Assembly (NCBI GenBank): GCA_031285625.1
Contig: JAITVV010000056.1
Location: 64,001 to 128,000 of the forward strand
Source of the DNA: Prevotella sp.
GTDB taxonomy: Bacteria > Bacteroidota > Bacteroidia > Bacteroidales > Dysgonomonadaceae
Length of the DNA: 64,000 nt
Reading direction: 5' to 3'
Shown piece by piece: positions 1 through 9,318 of this stretch. The notes under the pieces are model-generated. The model saw only the letters and a program-made list of their open reading frames with translations. It was not told where the DNA came from and made no database searches. Within the stretch, counting starts at the first letter, position 1, and each line of letters begins with the position of its first letter. The position numbers and the translations under genes are program-made.

Positions 1-1383
1 GGTATCGGGATAATCCTTTTCCTAATTCTTACTACTTTAACTGCAACCGCTCAACAGTATTTAAGCCTGGAGCAATGCCGGCAATTGGCTATAGAAAACA
101 ATAAGGCACTTAAAATAGCATCAGAACAGGAAAGAATTGCATATTACGAAAAGAAAGATGCCCTCACTAAATTTTTCCCTGAGATTTCTTTTGTCGGAGG
201 CTATCTTCACAATCAGAAGAATCTGTATCTAATCCCTTCCGGGGCTATCCCTGCATCTATTCCTCTACCTATAGAAATTCCGGGAATAGGCAATAGTATC
301 CCTATTGATCAGAATATCAGAGACGGTATCCACGATCTGGGAAAAGTAGATATAAAAAATATATGGGCAGGAGGATTTACATTGACCCAACCTGTCTTTA
401 TGGGTGGAAAGATAGTTGCGTATAACGATTTACGATCATACGCCGAAGAATTAGCCAAAACAATGAAAGAAACACAAATGACAGAAGTCATAGTGGAGGT
501 AGACAATGCATACTGGCAAGTAGTATCAGTAGCCAATAAAAAGAAGCTAGCCGAATCTTACGTGCAGCTTATGCAAAAGATGGATTCGGATATTTCAGCT
601 ATGGAAGAAGAAGGTGTAGCAACAAAAGCTGACAGATTATCGGTAAATGTAAAGTTGAACGAAGCAGAGATGACACTTACAAAAGCCGAGAACGGATTAA
701 GCCTTGCTAAAATGTTGCTATCGCAGATATGCGGCCTGGATATAAGCGATGCAATCACCTTGAAAGATGAGAATATTACCAGTATCCCAACAAATGAGAG
801 TGCTGAAATCATACCTAATATAGATGATGCAGTTGCAAACAGAACAGAGATCCGTAGTCTGGACTTAGCAACAAAAATTTATGGTAAAAAGGAGAAAATA
901 GCACTGGCTGAGTTTATGCCAAATATAGCTCTGACTGCGAATTACTTATGGACAAACCCAAATCTGTTTGATGGTATGGAAAAAAAGTTTGCCGGAATGT
1001 GGAATGTGGGAGTAATACTGAAAGTACCTTTAAACTTTGTATCCAACTCTGCAAAATTAAACTCTGCGAAAGCAGAAACCCGCATCAAACAATTTGAAAT
1101 GGAAGATGCAAAAGAAAAAATTAAGCTACAAATCAATCAGTCTTCATACAAATTATCAGAAGCAAATAAAAAACTGACTTCAGCCAAAAAGAATACAGAA
1201 AAAGCAGATGAGAATTTGAGGTATGCCAATGTAGGATTTGAGGAAGGCGTAATACCATCCTCCGATGTAATTGCAGCTCAGACAGCATGGCTATCGGCAC
1301 ACTCTGAATTGATAGATGCCCAAATAGATATCATTTTATGCAGAATATATCTGGACAAAGCACTGGGACGTAAACTTCAATAA
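1..1383 (+). CDS. TolC-family outer membrane efflux protein (5' end cut by window edge)
   Basis: Frame is open from base 1 (GIGIILFLILTTLTATAQQYLSLEQCRQLAIENN, the tail of a signal peptide); two OEP-type helical repeats; followed by HlyD and permeases. Confidence 0.9.
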   Translation, partial: GIGIILFLILTTLTATAQQYLSLEQCRQLAIENNKALKIASEQERIAYYEKKDALTKFFPEISFVGGYLHNQKNLYLIPSGAIPASIPLPIEIPGIGNSIPIDQNIRDGIHDLGKVDIKNIWAGGFTLTQPVFMGGKIVAYNDLRSYAEELAKTMKETQMTEVIVEVDNAYWQVVSVANKKKLAESYVQLMQKMDSDISAMEEEGVATKADRLSVNVKLNEAEMTLTKAENGLSLAKMLLSQICGLDISDAITLKDENITSIPTNESAEIIPNIDDAVANRTEIRSLDLATKIYGKKEKIALAEFMPNIALTANYLWTNPNLFDGMEKKFAGMWNVGVILKVPLNFVSNSAKLNSAKAETRIKQFEMEDAKEKIKLQINQSSYKLSEANKKLTSAKKNTEKADENLRYANVGFEEGVIPSSDVIAAQTAWLSAHSELIDAQIDIILCRIYLDKALGRKLQ

Positions 1384-1395
1384 AAAACTATTATT

Positions 1396-1494
1396 TTATC
1401 TATATATATATGAATTATAGCTTCTTACAACAGAAAAGTATACAAAATAAAAATAGCTGAAAAAGTGTTACTTTTGTCACCTTTTCACTGTAAG
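1396..1494 (+). repeat. Dispersed intergenic element, copy A
   Basis: Core AAAAGTGTTACTTTTGTCACCTTTT (1461-1485) is the exact reverse complement of 46163-46187; flanking TTATCTA, AAAAGTA, AAAAYAG and TGTAA blocks are shared with copies B and C. Confidence 0.8.
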
Positions 1495-1535
1495 ACCAAT
1501 AATATCAATTAATTAAAAAAGTAACAACTATAGAT

Positions 1536-2528
1536 ATGGACACAGAAAACAAAAAATCGGGATCTAAACTTATACCCATTCTGGTTTTTGCAGCCGTTAT
1601 TATAATCGTAGGCTTATATGGCTTCTTTTTCCTAAACCAGGAAGATAATATTATACAAGGTGAAGCAGATGTAACTGAGGTGCGTATATCCAGCAAGGTA
1701 CCCGGACGTATCGCAAGATACATGATAGACGAAGGTAGTTATGTAAAAAAAGGAGACACGTTGGCTATATTGAGTATACCTGATATCGATGCAAAACTGG
1801 CGCAGGCAAATGCCGCTGAACAAGGTGCCGCCGCCCAAAATCAGAAAGCGATAAAAGGTGCACGTGTAGAACAAATACAAGGCGCTTTTGAGATGTGGCA
1901 GAAAGCTAAAGTAGGGACAGAAATTGCACAAAAGTCTTTTACCCGCGTGCAGAATCTCTTTAATAAAGGTGTAGTGACAGCACAAAAAAGAGACGAGGCA
2001 GAGGCGCAATATAATGCTGCCGTTGCTACCGAAAAAGCAGCCAAGTCTCAATATGATATGGCAGTAAATGGAGCTGAGCGAGAGGACAAAGATGCTGCCC
2101 TTGCCATGTTAGAAAGAGCAAAAGGTGCTGTAGCTGAAGTTTCATCCTATATTAACGAAAGTTATCTGATTTCACCCATTGATGGAAAGATCACGGAGAA
2201 ATTTCCGAATGAAGGTGAGTTGGTAGGAACAGGCGCACCTATAATGAATGTTGCCAAGCTGGATGATAAATGGGGCTCATTCAATATCAGGGAAGACCGT
2301 CTGAAAAATTATAAAGATATAGGAAAAACATTCAAGGCCTATGTTCCTGCACTGGATCAGGAAGTGGATATGACCGTATATTACGTAAAAGACCTGGGAT
2401 CGTATGCAGCCTGGAAAGCGACAAAAACAACCGGGCAATATGATAGAAAAACATTTGAAGTAAAGGCCCGGTTCAATGACAAGTCTATAGACGTCCTTCC
2501 CGGAATGTCTCTTATCATAAAAGAATAA
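1536..2528 (+). CDS. HlyD-family periplasmic adaptor
   Basis: N-terminal TM, ISSKVPGRI lipoyl half, coiled coil, SPIDGKI half, PGMS end. Confidence 0.92.
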   Translation: MDTENKKSGSKLIPILVFAAVIIIVGLYGFFFLNQEDNIIQGEADVTEVRISSKVPGRIARYMIDEGSYVKKGDTLAILSIPDIDAKLAQANAAEQGAAAQNQKAIKGARVEQIQGAFEMWQKAKVGTEIAQKSFTRVQNLFNKGVVTAQKRDEAEAQYNAAVATEKAAKSQYDMAVNGAEREDKDAALAMLERAKGAVAEVSSYINESYLISPIDGKITEKFPNEGELVGTGAPIMNVAKLDDKWGSFNIREDRLKNYKDIGKTFKAYVPALDQEVDMTVYYVKDLGSYAAWKATKTTGQYDRKTFEVKARFNDKSIDVLPGMSLIIKE

Positions 2529-2531
2529 TAA

Positions 2532-3701
2532 ATGAACGCTGAAACAGGCATATTCGCAATATTCAAAAGAGAGTGGATCCGTATATCCTCTTCCAAAATT
2601 TGTATTTGGGGAATATTCGTTTCTCCTCTGCTATCCATGATAATATTGATGTGGATGATGAGCAGCGGATTGCCTTCACGTATTCCTATAGCCGTTGTAG
2701 ACCTGGATAACACCACTACTTCACGCACTCTTATACGCCAGCTGGATGCATTCGAGAAAACAGATATTAAATATAAGAGTTTGTCATTCAATGAAGCCAG
2801 ACATCAGATGGAAAGGATGGAAGTCTACGCCGTTCTTACAATACCAAAGGATTTCACAAAAGATGCCATATCGGGAAACCGTCCAAAATTGGTTTATTAT
2901 ACCAACAATGCTTTCCTTATATCAGGATCTTTATTGTTCCAGGATCTGAAGACGATATCGACACTTGCGTCAGCCTCTGTCGGCTTACAAACAGCAGTAG
3001 CCAAGGGATATACCGAGACTCAGGTAATGCCAATCTTACAACCGATAACAATAGATTCTCACCCTATTGGTAATCCGTGGCTTAATTATTCTGTTTATTT
3101 AAATAATATCTTACTACCCGGCATATTACAGCTGATTATATTAATGTTCACTGTATCGGCATTTGGCTCGGAGATAAAGCTGGGGAATGGACAGAAACTA
3201 TTGGCTATGGGTGATAATTCTATGCTAAAAGTTATAATTGGTAAGTTACTACCATATACAATTATATATATAGGTATAGCATTATTTTATATCGTTATCT
3301 TATATTATTACAATCGGTTCCCATTGCATAGCGGATTTTGGCCAATGTTTTTCAATTATCTGTGCCTTATTCTTGCAGCACAAGGCGGAGGTATAATCCT
3401 GCTGGGAATATTCCGTAACTATCGATTTGCATTAAGTATAGCGAGCCTTATAGGAATGGTTTCATTCTCCATTACAGGATTTTCTTTTTCCACATTAGCT
3501 ATGGACGGTAGCCTGAACGCTTTAAGTAATTTTTTCCCTTTACGGCACTTTTTCCTTATATATATCGATCAGGCATTGAATGGTATTCCTGTAGGATATT
3601 CTATGTATCAATATGCAGCATTATTAGCTTTCGCATTGTTATCAATCTTCTTTTGGGGTGTAATAAAGAGACTTCTCAGAGAAAACGTATATGAGTTATG
3701 A
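2532..3701 (+). CDS. ABC-2 type transporter permease
   Basis: PIAVVDLD periplasmic domain, NPWLNYSVYL, multi-TM C-terminus. Confidence 0.9.
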   Translation: MNAETGIFAIFKREWIRISSSKICIWGIFVSPLLSMIILMWMMSSGLPSRIPIAVVDLDNTTTSRTLIRQLDAFEKTDIKYKSLSFNEARHQMERMEVYAVLTIPKDFTKDAISGNRPKLVYYTNNAFLISGSLLFQDLKTISTLASASVGLQTAVAKGYTETQVMPILQPITIDSHPIGNPWLNYSVYLNNILLPGILQLIILMFTVSAFGSEIKLGNGQKLLAMGDNSMLKVIIGKLLPYTIIYIGIALFYIVILYYYNRFPLHSGFWPMFFNYLCLILAAQGGGIILLGIFRNYRFALSIASLIGMVSFSITGFSFSTLAMDGSLNALSNFFPLRHFFLIYIDQALNGIPVGYSMYQYAALLAFALLSIFFWGVIKRLLRENVYEL

Positions 3702-4900
3702 AGAAATTATTACTCGATATATATTATGTTTGGATAAACGAACTTAAAGTAGTCTTTAGGGATGAAGCTGTAATCCTGCTGTTCTTTATCGTACCGCTCG
3801 CATATCCCGTGCTATATAGTTTTATTTATAATAATGAAACTGTGCATGAAGTAAAGGTTGTCATGGTAGATGAATCCAATTCTGCCCTTTCACGCGAATT
3901 CAAGAGGAAAGTGGACGCTACTGCTGATGTAAAGATAGTGGGATACGCAACAGACATGGAAGAAGCCCGCGAAGCTCTCAGAAGAAAGGAAGCCTATGGT
4001 ATCATGTATATTCCCAGGGATTTCAGCAAGAAAATAAACACTCAACAGCAAACTCAGGTGAGCGTATATGCCGATATGAACAGCCTATTATTTTACAAGG
4101 CAATGCTACTGAGTGCTACAGAGGTATCGTTAGACATGGGTGCCGACATACGCGTTCTTGAAACCGGCGGGGGCAGTCAGGAACAAGATGCAACCACAAG
4201 ACAGACCGTAGAAAATGAATGGGTAACGATGTATAATCCGCAAAACGGATTTGCCAGTTTCCTCGTTCCGGCAATTCTCATATTAATTATACAACAAACA
4301 TTGTTTCTTGGCATTGCAACTATTGTAGGTACACATAATGACAAGAAGCGTTTCAATATAGCATCACATACAGCAGAAGGAAAAAATGTAGGTGCACTCA
4401 AACTTACAATAGGAAAAGCCTTTTGTTATGCATCATTGTATATGCTTATTTCTGTATGGGTACTGCGTGTTATCCCATATCTTTTTAAATTTCCTCAGAT
4501 AGGAGACCCCGTAACTATAGCGGCATTTCTTATGCCATTTATACTGGCGGCAACATTCTTTTGTATGACTCTCTCCTATTTCTGCTCACAGCGTGAGTTC
4601 GGGATGATGCTCTTTGTATTTACCAGCGTTATATTTATTTTCATATCTGGAATTTCATGGCCATGGACAGCTATACCATCTCCAATAAAGGCGATAGCAT
4701 ATATTATCCCTTCAACACCGGGAATACATGGTTTCATTAAAATAAATACAATGGGCGCTACTCTTCCTGATGTCTGGTTCGAATATATTGCCCTCTGGAT
4801 ACAGGCAGGTATCTATTGCATAACTGCAACAATAATGTACAGGTGGTGGATCCGGAATTATGATCCTCAATACAAAGGAATGCTAAAAACAAAGAGTTGA
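3698..4900 (+). CDS. ABC-2 type transporter permease
   Basis: VVMVDES..S.LSR, YNPQNGFASFLVP, SGISWP; ATGA overlap with previous gene. Confidence 0.9.
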   Translation: MKKLLLDIYYVWINELKVVFRDEAVILLFFIVPLAYPVLYSFIYNNETVHEVKVVMVDESNSALSREFKRKVDATADVKIVGYATDMEEAREALRRKEAYGIMYIPRDFSKKINTQQQTQVSVYADMNSLLFYKAMLLSATEVSLDMGADIRVLETGGGSQEQDATTRQTVENEWVTMYNPQNGFASFLVPAILILIIQQTLFLGIATIVGTHNDKKRFNIASHTAEGKNVGALKLTIGKAFCYASLYMLISVWVLRVIPYLFKFPQIGDPVTIAAFLMPFILAATFFCMTLSYFCSQREFGMMLFVFTSVIFIFISGISWPWTAIPSPIKAIAYIIPSTPGIHGFIKINTMGATLPDVWFEYIALWIQAGIYCITATIMYRWWIRNYDPQYKGMLKTKS

Positions 4901-4917
4901 ACCTAAATTCAACTCTT
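4892..4917. terminator. Hairpin between convergent genes
   Basis: AAGAGTTGAA-N6-TTCAACTCTT. Confidence 0.6.
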
Positions 4918-4927
4918 CAATTACATA

Positions 4928-5182
4928 TTATTCAAAATTTTTAAAATCAAAATCTTCTCGCTTTGCAAAACCTCCTTCTATCAGCAGTTCGGCTGCACGC
5001 TTATAATCCTGAGACATCACCTGCAATCTGGCGGCCCCTTGTCCAGCCATGCCAACGCTTAGGTATTCACCATTTATGGCACACTCTATACCATTATCTA
5101 TCAAAAATGATTTCGCTACGGCTAAATTAGCCTCAAAATCAGCACTTTTTAGGGTTACTAGTTCGTCCATAACATCATTCAT
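4928..5182 (-). CDS. DUF2007-like small protein
   Basis: EANLAVAKSFLIDNGIEC...RLQV...DY.RA.ELL pattern. Confidence 0.75.
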   Translation of the reverse strand: MNDVMDELVTLKSADFEANLAVAKSFLIDNGIECAINGEYLSVGMAGQGAARLQVMSQDYKRAAELLIEGGFAKREDFDFKNFE

Positions 5183-5263
5183 TTAATTATTCATTTTTAA
5201 ATATACATATAATCAGTGAATTACACAATAATTAAGATAAACATAAAATTATTTACAAAATAA

Positions 5264-5295
5264 TTTGGTTTATAAAATAAACTACTTTATATTTG
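5264..5295 (+). promoter_or_regulatory. Bacteroidetes sigmaA promoter with palindrome in spacer
   Basis: TTTG 5264-5267, 20-nt spacer, TATATTTG 5288-5295; GTTTAT-AAA-ATAAAC at 5268-5282. Confidence 0.65.
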
Positions 5296-5347
5296 CATTG
5301 TGATCATGATTAGATAAATAGATTTATAACATTAAAACAATACAATT

Positions 5348-5800
5348 ATGAAAAAGCTTATATCAACATTCTTCTTATTAGCTATTATATTAACAAATAT
5401 AAATGCTCAAAAGATCTATAATAATATAGAAAAGGATGAATACGGATGTGTGAAAGAATTTACAACTATCGATAGTGAAACTTCTCAGGCTATAAAGAAA
5501 GCTACTTATATATATAATTCTGAAGGAGTTTTACAGGAGAAGACTTTTTATAAATGGAATGAAGAACAAGGTTGGACCGGAACTCAAAAATATGAGTATG
5601 AATACAATAACGAAAAACTGGAAAACCTGATCTATACAGAATGGGATAAGAATATAGCCACATGGTCTGCCAAGGCACAACACCTGATACATATATACGA
5701 TGTTGAAGGAGAACTGTTAGCTGTAAAGCATATCCAGGTAAACAATGATCACCAGTTAATAGCAAAAAACGAACTTCAATTACTCACTTTTAATAAATAA
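5348..5800 (+). CDS. DUF3836-like secreted protein (paralog of 36177-36587)
   Basis: Signal peptide; Tyr-rich beta repeats (EKTFYKW..QGW...QKYEYEY). Confidence 0.75.
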   Translation: MKKLISTFFLLAIILTNINAQKIYNNIEKDEYGCVKEFTTIDSETSQAIKKATYIYNSEGVLQEKTFYKWNEEQGWTGTQKYEYEYNNEKLENLIYTEWDKNIATWSAKAQHLIHIYDVEGELLAVKHIQVNNDHQLIAKNELQLLTFNK

Positions 5801-5876
5801 CACTACTTTTGTCCGGTCTCTTATTTTCATATTACAGTAGAGACCGGATTAACCCAATACTAAATACAATACAGTT

Positions 5877-6500
5877 ATGGAAAAGAATTTCACTGAGCAG
5901 GATAGTTTGAGATTAATCAATGAGATGATCAATCAAGCCAAGAATAATGTCCAAAAGGGATCGGCTAATTCAATGATACTATGGGGATATGTAACAGCAA
6001 TAGTTGCTATCACTAACTTTATACTTTTACATACTTTGGAAATACCTTACTATTCATTCCACATATGGTGGATAATGATACTTGTAGGTGTTATTAGTAC
6101 AGTAATGACCAGACGAAGTGATAAAGAAGCAACTGTTAGAACTCATATAGACAAAATAGTAAGTAGTGCGTGGAACGGGTTTAGCATATCGGTCGTTATT
6201 TTTCTTATCATTATTTTTACCACAGTATATCTTACCCGATCATGGGCATTAACATGGGTTATTACACCGGTAATACTTACTATCATGGGACTGGCGCAAT
6301 ACGTAACTGCTACGGCCTGCCGTTATAAGCTATTCTATTATGCTGCCGGCATTTTCTGGGGAGGAGCACTTGTTTGTCTTATCTCTTTTTACATATTCCC
6401 ACGGGCAGACATACAATTTATTTTACTAGCAATATGCATGGTTCTTGGATTAGCTATACCTGGCCACATGTTAAATAAAAAAGCAACGCAAAATGTTTAA
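5877..6500 (+). CDS. Multi-TM membrane protein
   Basis: SLRLINEMINQAK start, about 6 TM segments, IPGH end; overlaps the wHTH gene. Confidence 0.8.
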   Translation: MEKNFTEQDSLRLINEMINQAKNNVQKGSANSMILWGYVTAIVAITNFILLHTLEIPYYSFHIWWIMILVGVISTVMTRRSDKEATVRTHIDKIVSSAWNGFSISVVIFLIIIFTTVYLTRSWALTWVITPVILTIMGLAQYVTATACRYKLFYYAAGIFWGGALVCLISFYIFPRADIQFILLAICMVLGLAIPGHMLNKKATQNV

Positions 6501-6777
6501 GGAACTAGACCCACTCTTACATTCGCAACTCCGGTTGGCAGTAGTGTCGCTACTGCTATCTGTTGATGAAGCAGATTTTGTCTTCATCAAAGAAAAGACA
6601 GGGGCTACAGCGGGTAATCTGAGTGTACAAATAGATAAATTGAATGAAGCCGGATATATAGAAGTCCGTAAATTCATCGATGGGAAAAAGCCACGAACAG
6701 TCTGTAAGATCACTCAAATTGGAATTGAGGCTTTTGATAAATATGTAAAAGCCCTACAGGATTATATAAAGAAATGA
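6493..6777 (+). CDS. Winged-helix transcriptional regulator (HTH_34/MarR-like)
   Basis: LDPLLHSQLRLA...ATAGNLSVQIDKL..AGYI...KPRT. Confidence 0.9.
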   Translation: MFKELDPLLHSQLRLAVVSLLLSVDEADFVFIKEKTGATAGNLSVQIDKLNEAGYIEVRKFIDGKKPRTVCKITQIGIEAFDKYVKALQDYIKK

Positions 6778-6796
6778 TAATTCCCAAAACCTTTAT

Positions 6797-6825
6797 AAAC
6801 ATTATTGATAACCCCAATGTTATAA
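6797..6825 (+). promoter_or_regulatory. Candidate ECF-type promoter AAAC-N17-TGTTATAA
   Basis: Same layout recurs at 21519-21547 (+) and 24461-24488 (-). Confidence 0.4.
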
Positions 6826-6870
6826 TAAACAAACATCTTAATTAAACATTAACAATAAATATATAACATT

Positions 6871-7116
6871 ATGGGATTTATTTGGTCAATAATAATTGGT
6901 ATAGCTGCAGGGTTTATAGCAGGAAAAATAATGAAAGGGAGCGGCTTTGGCCTCATCCTTAACCTGATAGTCGGTATTGTCGGAGGATTGCTGGGAGGCT
7001 GGATCTTCACCCTTCTGGGATTAGATGTAAACGGCATACTCGGAAATCTGGTAATGTCAACAATAGGTGCTGTTGTCTTATTATGGATAATATCATTATT
7101 CAAAAAGAAAGAATAG
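6871..7116 (+). CDS. GlsB/YeaQ/YmgE stress-response membrane protein
   Basis: Gly-rich IIGIAAGFIAG...GIVGGLLGG...IGAVVLL. Confidence 0.92.
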   Translation: MGFIWSIIIGIAAGFIAGKIMKGSGFGLILNLIVGIVGGLLGGWIFTLLGLDVNGILGNLVMSTIGAVVLLWIISLFKKKE

Positions 7117-7128
7117 GACAGACTATTA

Positions 7129-7172
7129 ATAAAAAGGAAAGCAGTTGTAATTACAACTGCTTTCCTTTTTAT
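7129..7172. terminator. Bidirectional intrinsic terminator
   Basis: Perfect 44-bp palindrome ATAAAAAGGAAAGCAGTTGTAATTACAACTGCTTTCCTTTTTAT between convergent genes. Confidence 0.88.
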
Positions 7173-7189
7173 AGTAACTCTAGAAAACA

Positions 7190-8599
7190 TTATCTTTTCA
7201 CCAATAGTACCACATTCTCAACATGATGCGTATGTGGAAACATATCTACCGGCTGCACCTTTTTAACTTTGTATTTCTCATCGAGTAATGCAAGATCACG
7301 TGCCTGAGTAGCCGGATTACAGCTTACATATACTATACGATCAGGTTCCGCAAAAAGAATAGTCCTGATCACATCATCGTGCATCCCTGCACGCGGCGGG
7401 TCGGTTATGATTACATCAGGTCGCCCATGTTCATTGATAAAATCCTGTGTAAGTATATCTTTCATGTCTCCGGCATAAAACAGTGTATTATCAACATTAT
7501 TATTTTGTGAATTGAATTTTGCATCTTCAATAGCATCCTCCACATATTCTATCCCTACCACCTTCTTTGCCTTACGAGCTATAAAGTTAGCAATTGTACC
7601 TGTACCTGTATAAAGATCATATACTAGTTCATTTCCGGTTAGTCCGGCAAAATCTCGCGCTATTTTATATAAATTATAAGCCTGTTCACTATTAGTCTGA
7701 TAGAAAGACTTAGGTCCAATTTTAAACTTCAGCCCTTCCATTTCTTCATATATAAAGTCATTACCTTTCCATATCAGAACTTCTTGATCGGTAATTGTAT
7801 CATTAGCTTTTTGATTTATAATATAAAGGAGGGAAGTTATATCCGGGAATTTATCAGCAATAGCACTTAGTAAATCTTCATGCTGCTCTTTTTCATTATC
7901 GTAGAATACAACAATAACCATCAGTTCGCCTGTAGTGGATGTACGCACAATCATGTTACGCATCAGCCCTCCCCTGTTTCTCAAGTCAAAGAAGGTATAA
8001 CCCTTATCATAACAATACTGGCGCACAAAATTCCTTATCCGGTTAGAAATATCATCCTGCAACCAACATTTATTTATGTCAAGTACTTTATCAAACATAC
8101 CCGGAATATGGAAGCCTAAAGCATTCATATTATCAAAGCTTTCTCCTGAGTGAATCTGCTCTAATGTTAGCCATCTCTTATTTGAAAAGGTAAACTCCAG
8201 CTTATTACGATAAAATTGAGTTTTTTCCGAACCTAATATCGGTTGAATTTCAGGCAGCTCAATTTTGCCAATCCTTACCAGATTATCTTCAACCTGTTTT
8301 TGCTTAAACTTTAGCTGTTCTGCATATGGTAATATTTGCCATTTGCATCCGCCACAGATACCAAAATGTTCACAAAATGCCTCAACCCTATTGGGTGAAT
8401 AAGAAACAAACCTGACGGGTTTTCCTTCAGCATATTTATTCTTTTTACGTGTAATCTGCAAATCAATCACATCCCCCGGAACAACATATGGTATGAAAAC
8501 AACCATGTCATTTACTTTAGCGATTGCCTTACCTTCAGCAGCAATATCTACGATTTCAACATTCTCTATAAGAGGAAGTTCTTTTTTCTTTCGGCTCAT
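7190..8599 (-). CDS. rlmD: 23S rRNA (uracil-C5)-methyltransferase
   Basis: TRAM domain, C-x5-CGGC Fe-S motif, SFYQTN, DPPRAG, YVSCNPAT, DMFPHTHHVE. Confidence 0.95.
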   Translation of the reverse strand: MSRKKKELPLIENVEIVDIAAEGKAIAKVNDMVVFIPYVVPGDVIDLQITRKKNKYAEGKPVRFVSYSPNRVEAFCEHFGICGGCKWQILPYAEQLKFKQKQVEDNLVRIGKIELPEIQPILGSEKTQFYRNKLEFTFSNKRWLTLEQIHSGESFDNMNALGFHIPGMFDKVLDINKCWLQDDISNRIRNFVRQYCYDKGYTFFDLRNRGGLMRNMIVRTSTTGELMVIVVFYDNEKEQHEDLLSAIADKFPDITSLLYIINQKANDTITDQEVLIWKGNDFIYEEMEGLKFKIGPKSFYQTNSEQAYNLYKIARDFAGLTGNELVYDLYTGTGTIANFIARKAKKVVGIEYVEDAIEDAKFNSQNNNVDNTLFYAGDMKDILTQDFINEHGRPDVIITDPPRAGMHDDVIRTILFAEPDRIVYVSCNPATQARDLALLDEKYKVKKVQPVDMFPHTHHVENVVLLVKR

Positions 8600-8819
8600 T
8601 GATGTTTTTTTAGTTCTGAAACGAGTGTAAAGATAATGCTTTTTTAGTGTTTTCAGTTTTAAAAGAGACTAATGCATAGTTAATCCAATTGTTTTTGATT
8701 GCTTCACGTTTGAGGTAGGCAAACAACTTTCGTTATCTAAAATATTGTCCAATCTATTTTTTTAGTTAAAAATGCCATTTTATTAGATTTACATCGACTA
8801 ACATATAAAAAGCAGATAA

Positions 8820-9308
8820 ATGGGTAAAACTGAATTAGAAAAAACATTTATTGAGATGATCGGCAGAAACGAGCGGGTTATCTATAAAGTTTGCTCTTTT
8901 TATGTTTCGGATGAATTTCCTCTTGCAGACTTGTACCAAGAGGTCGTGAGCAATCTCTGGACAGCATTTCCACGGTTCAAATATGAAAGTTCTGTATCTA
9001 CGTGGATGTATCGGATAGCACTGAATACCTGTATATCAGGAATGCGAAAAGATATGAGGCGTCCCAAAGGGTCATCGGTATCAATATTACAGGATGCAAT
9101 TGCTGAACCTGAAACATTGAGCGATCAGATAAAAGAAATGTATCATTATATCTATCAGTTGAAAACTTTGGAACGTGCCGTTGTACTGCTTTATCTGGAA
9201 GAAAAATCATATCAGGAAATAGCTGATATCACGGGATTGACTGTAAGTAATGTGGCCACAAAGCTAAAGCGATCTAAAGAAAAACTAAAACAAATGTCGA
9301 ATCTTTAA
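8820..9308 (+). CDS. ECF RNA polymerase sigma factor
   Basis: DLYQEV, STWMYRIALN, SYQEIADITG; regions 2 and 4 only. Confidence 0.93.
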   Translation: MGKTELEKTFIEMIGRNERVIYKVCSFYVSDEFPLADLYQEVVSNLWTAFPRFKYESSVSTWMYRIALNTCISGMRKDMRRPKGSSVSILQDAIAEPETLSDQIKEMYHYIYQLKTLERAVVLLYLEEKSYQEIADITGLTVSNVATKLKRSKEKLKQMSNL

Positions 9309-9318
9309 GTTTAGAAAA

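Noticed and set aside
1461-1485. Repeat core as an NrtR/AraR-type operator
   Set aside because: It begins AAAAGTGT but does not fit GT-N7-AC spacing.
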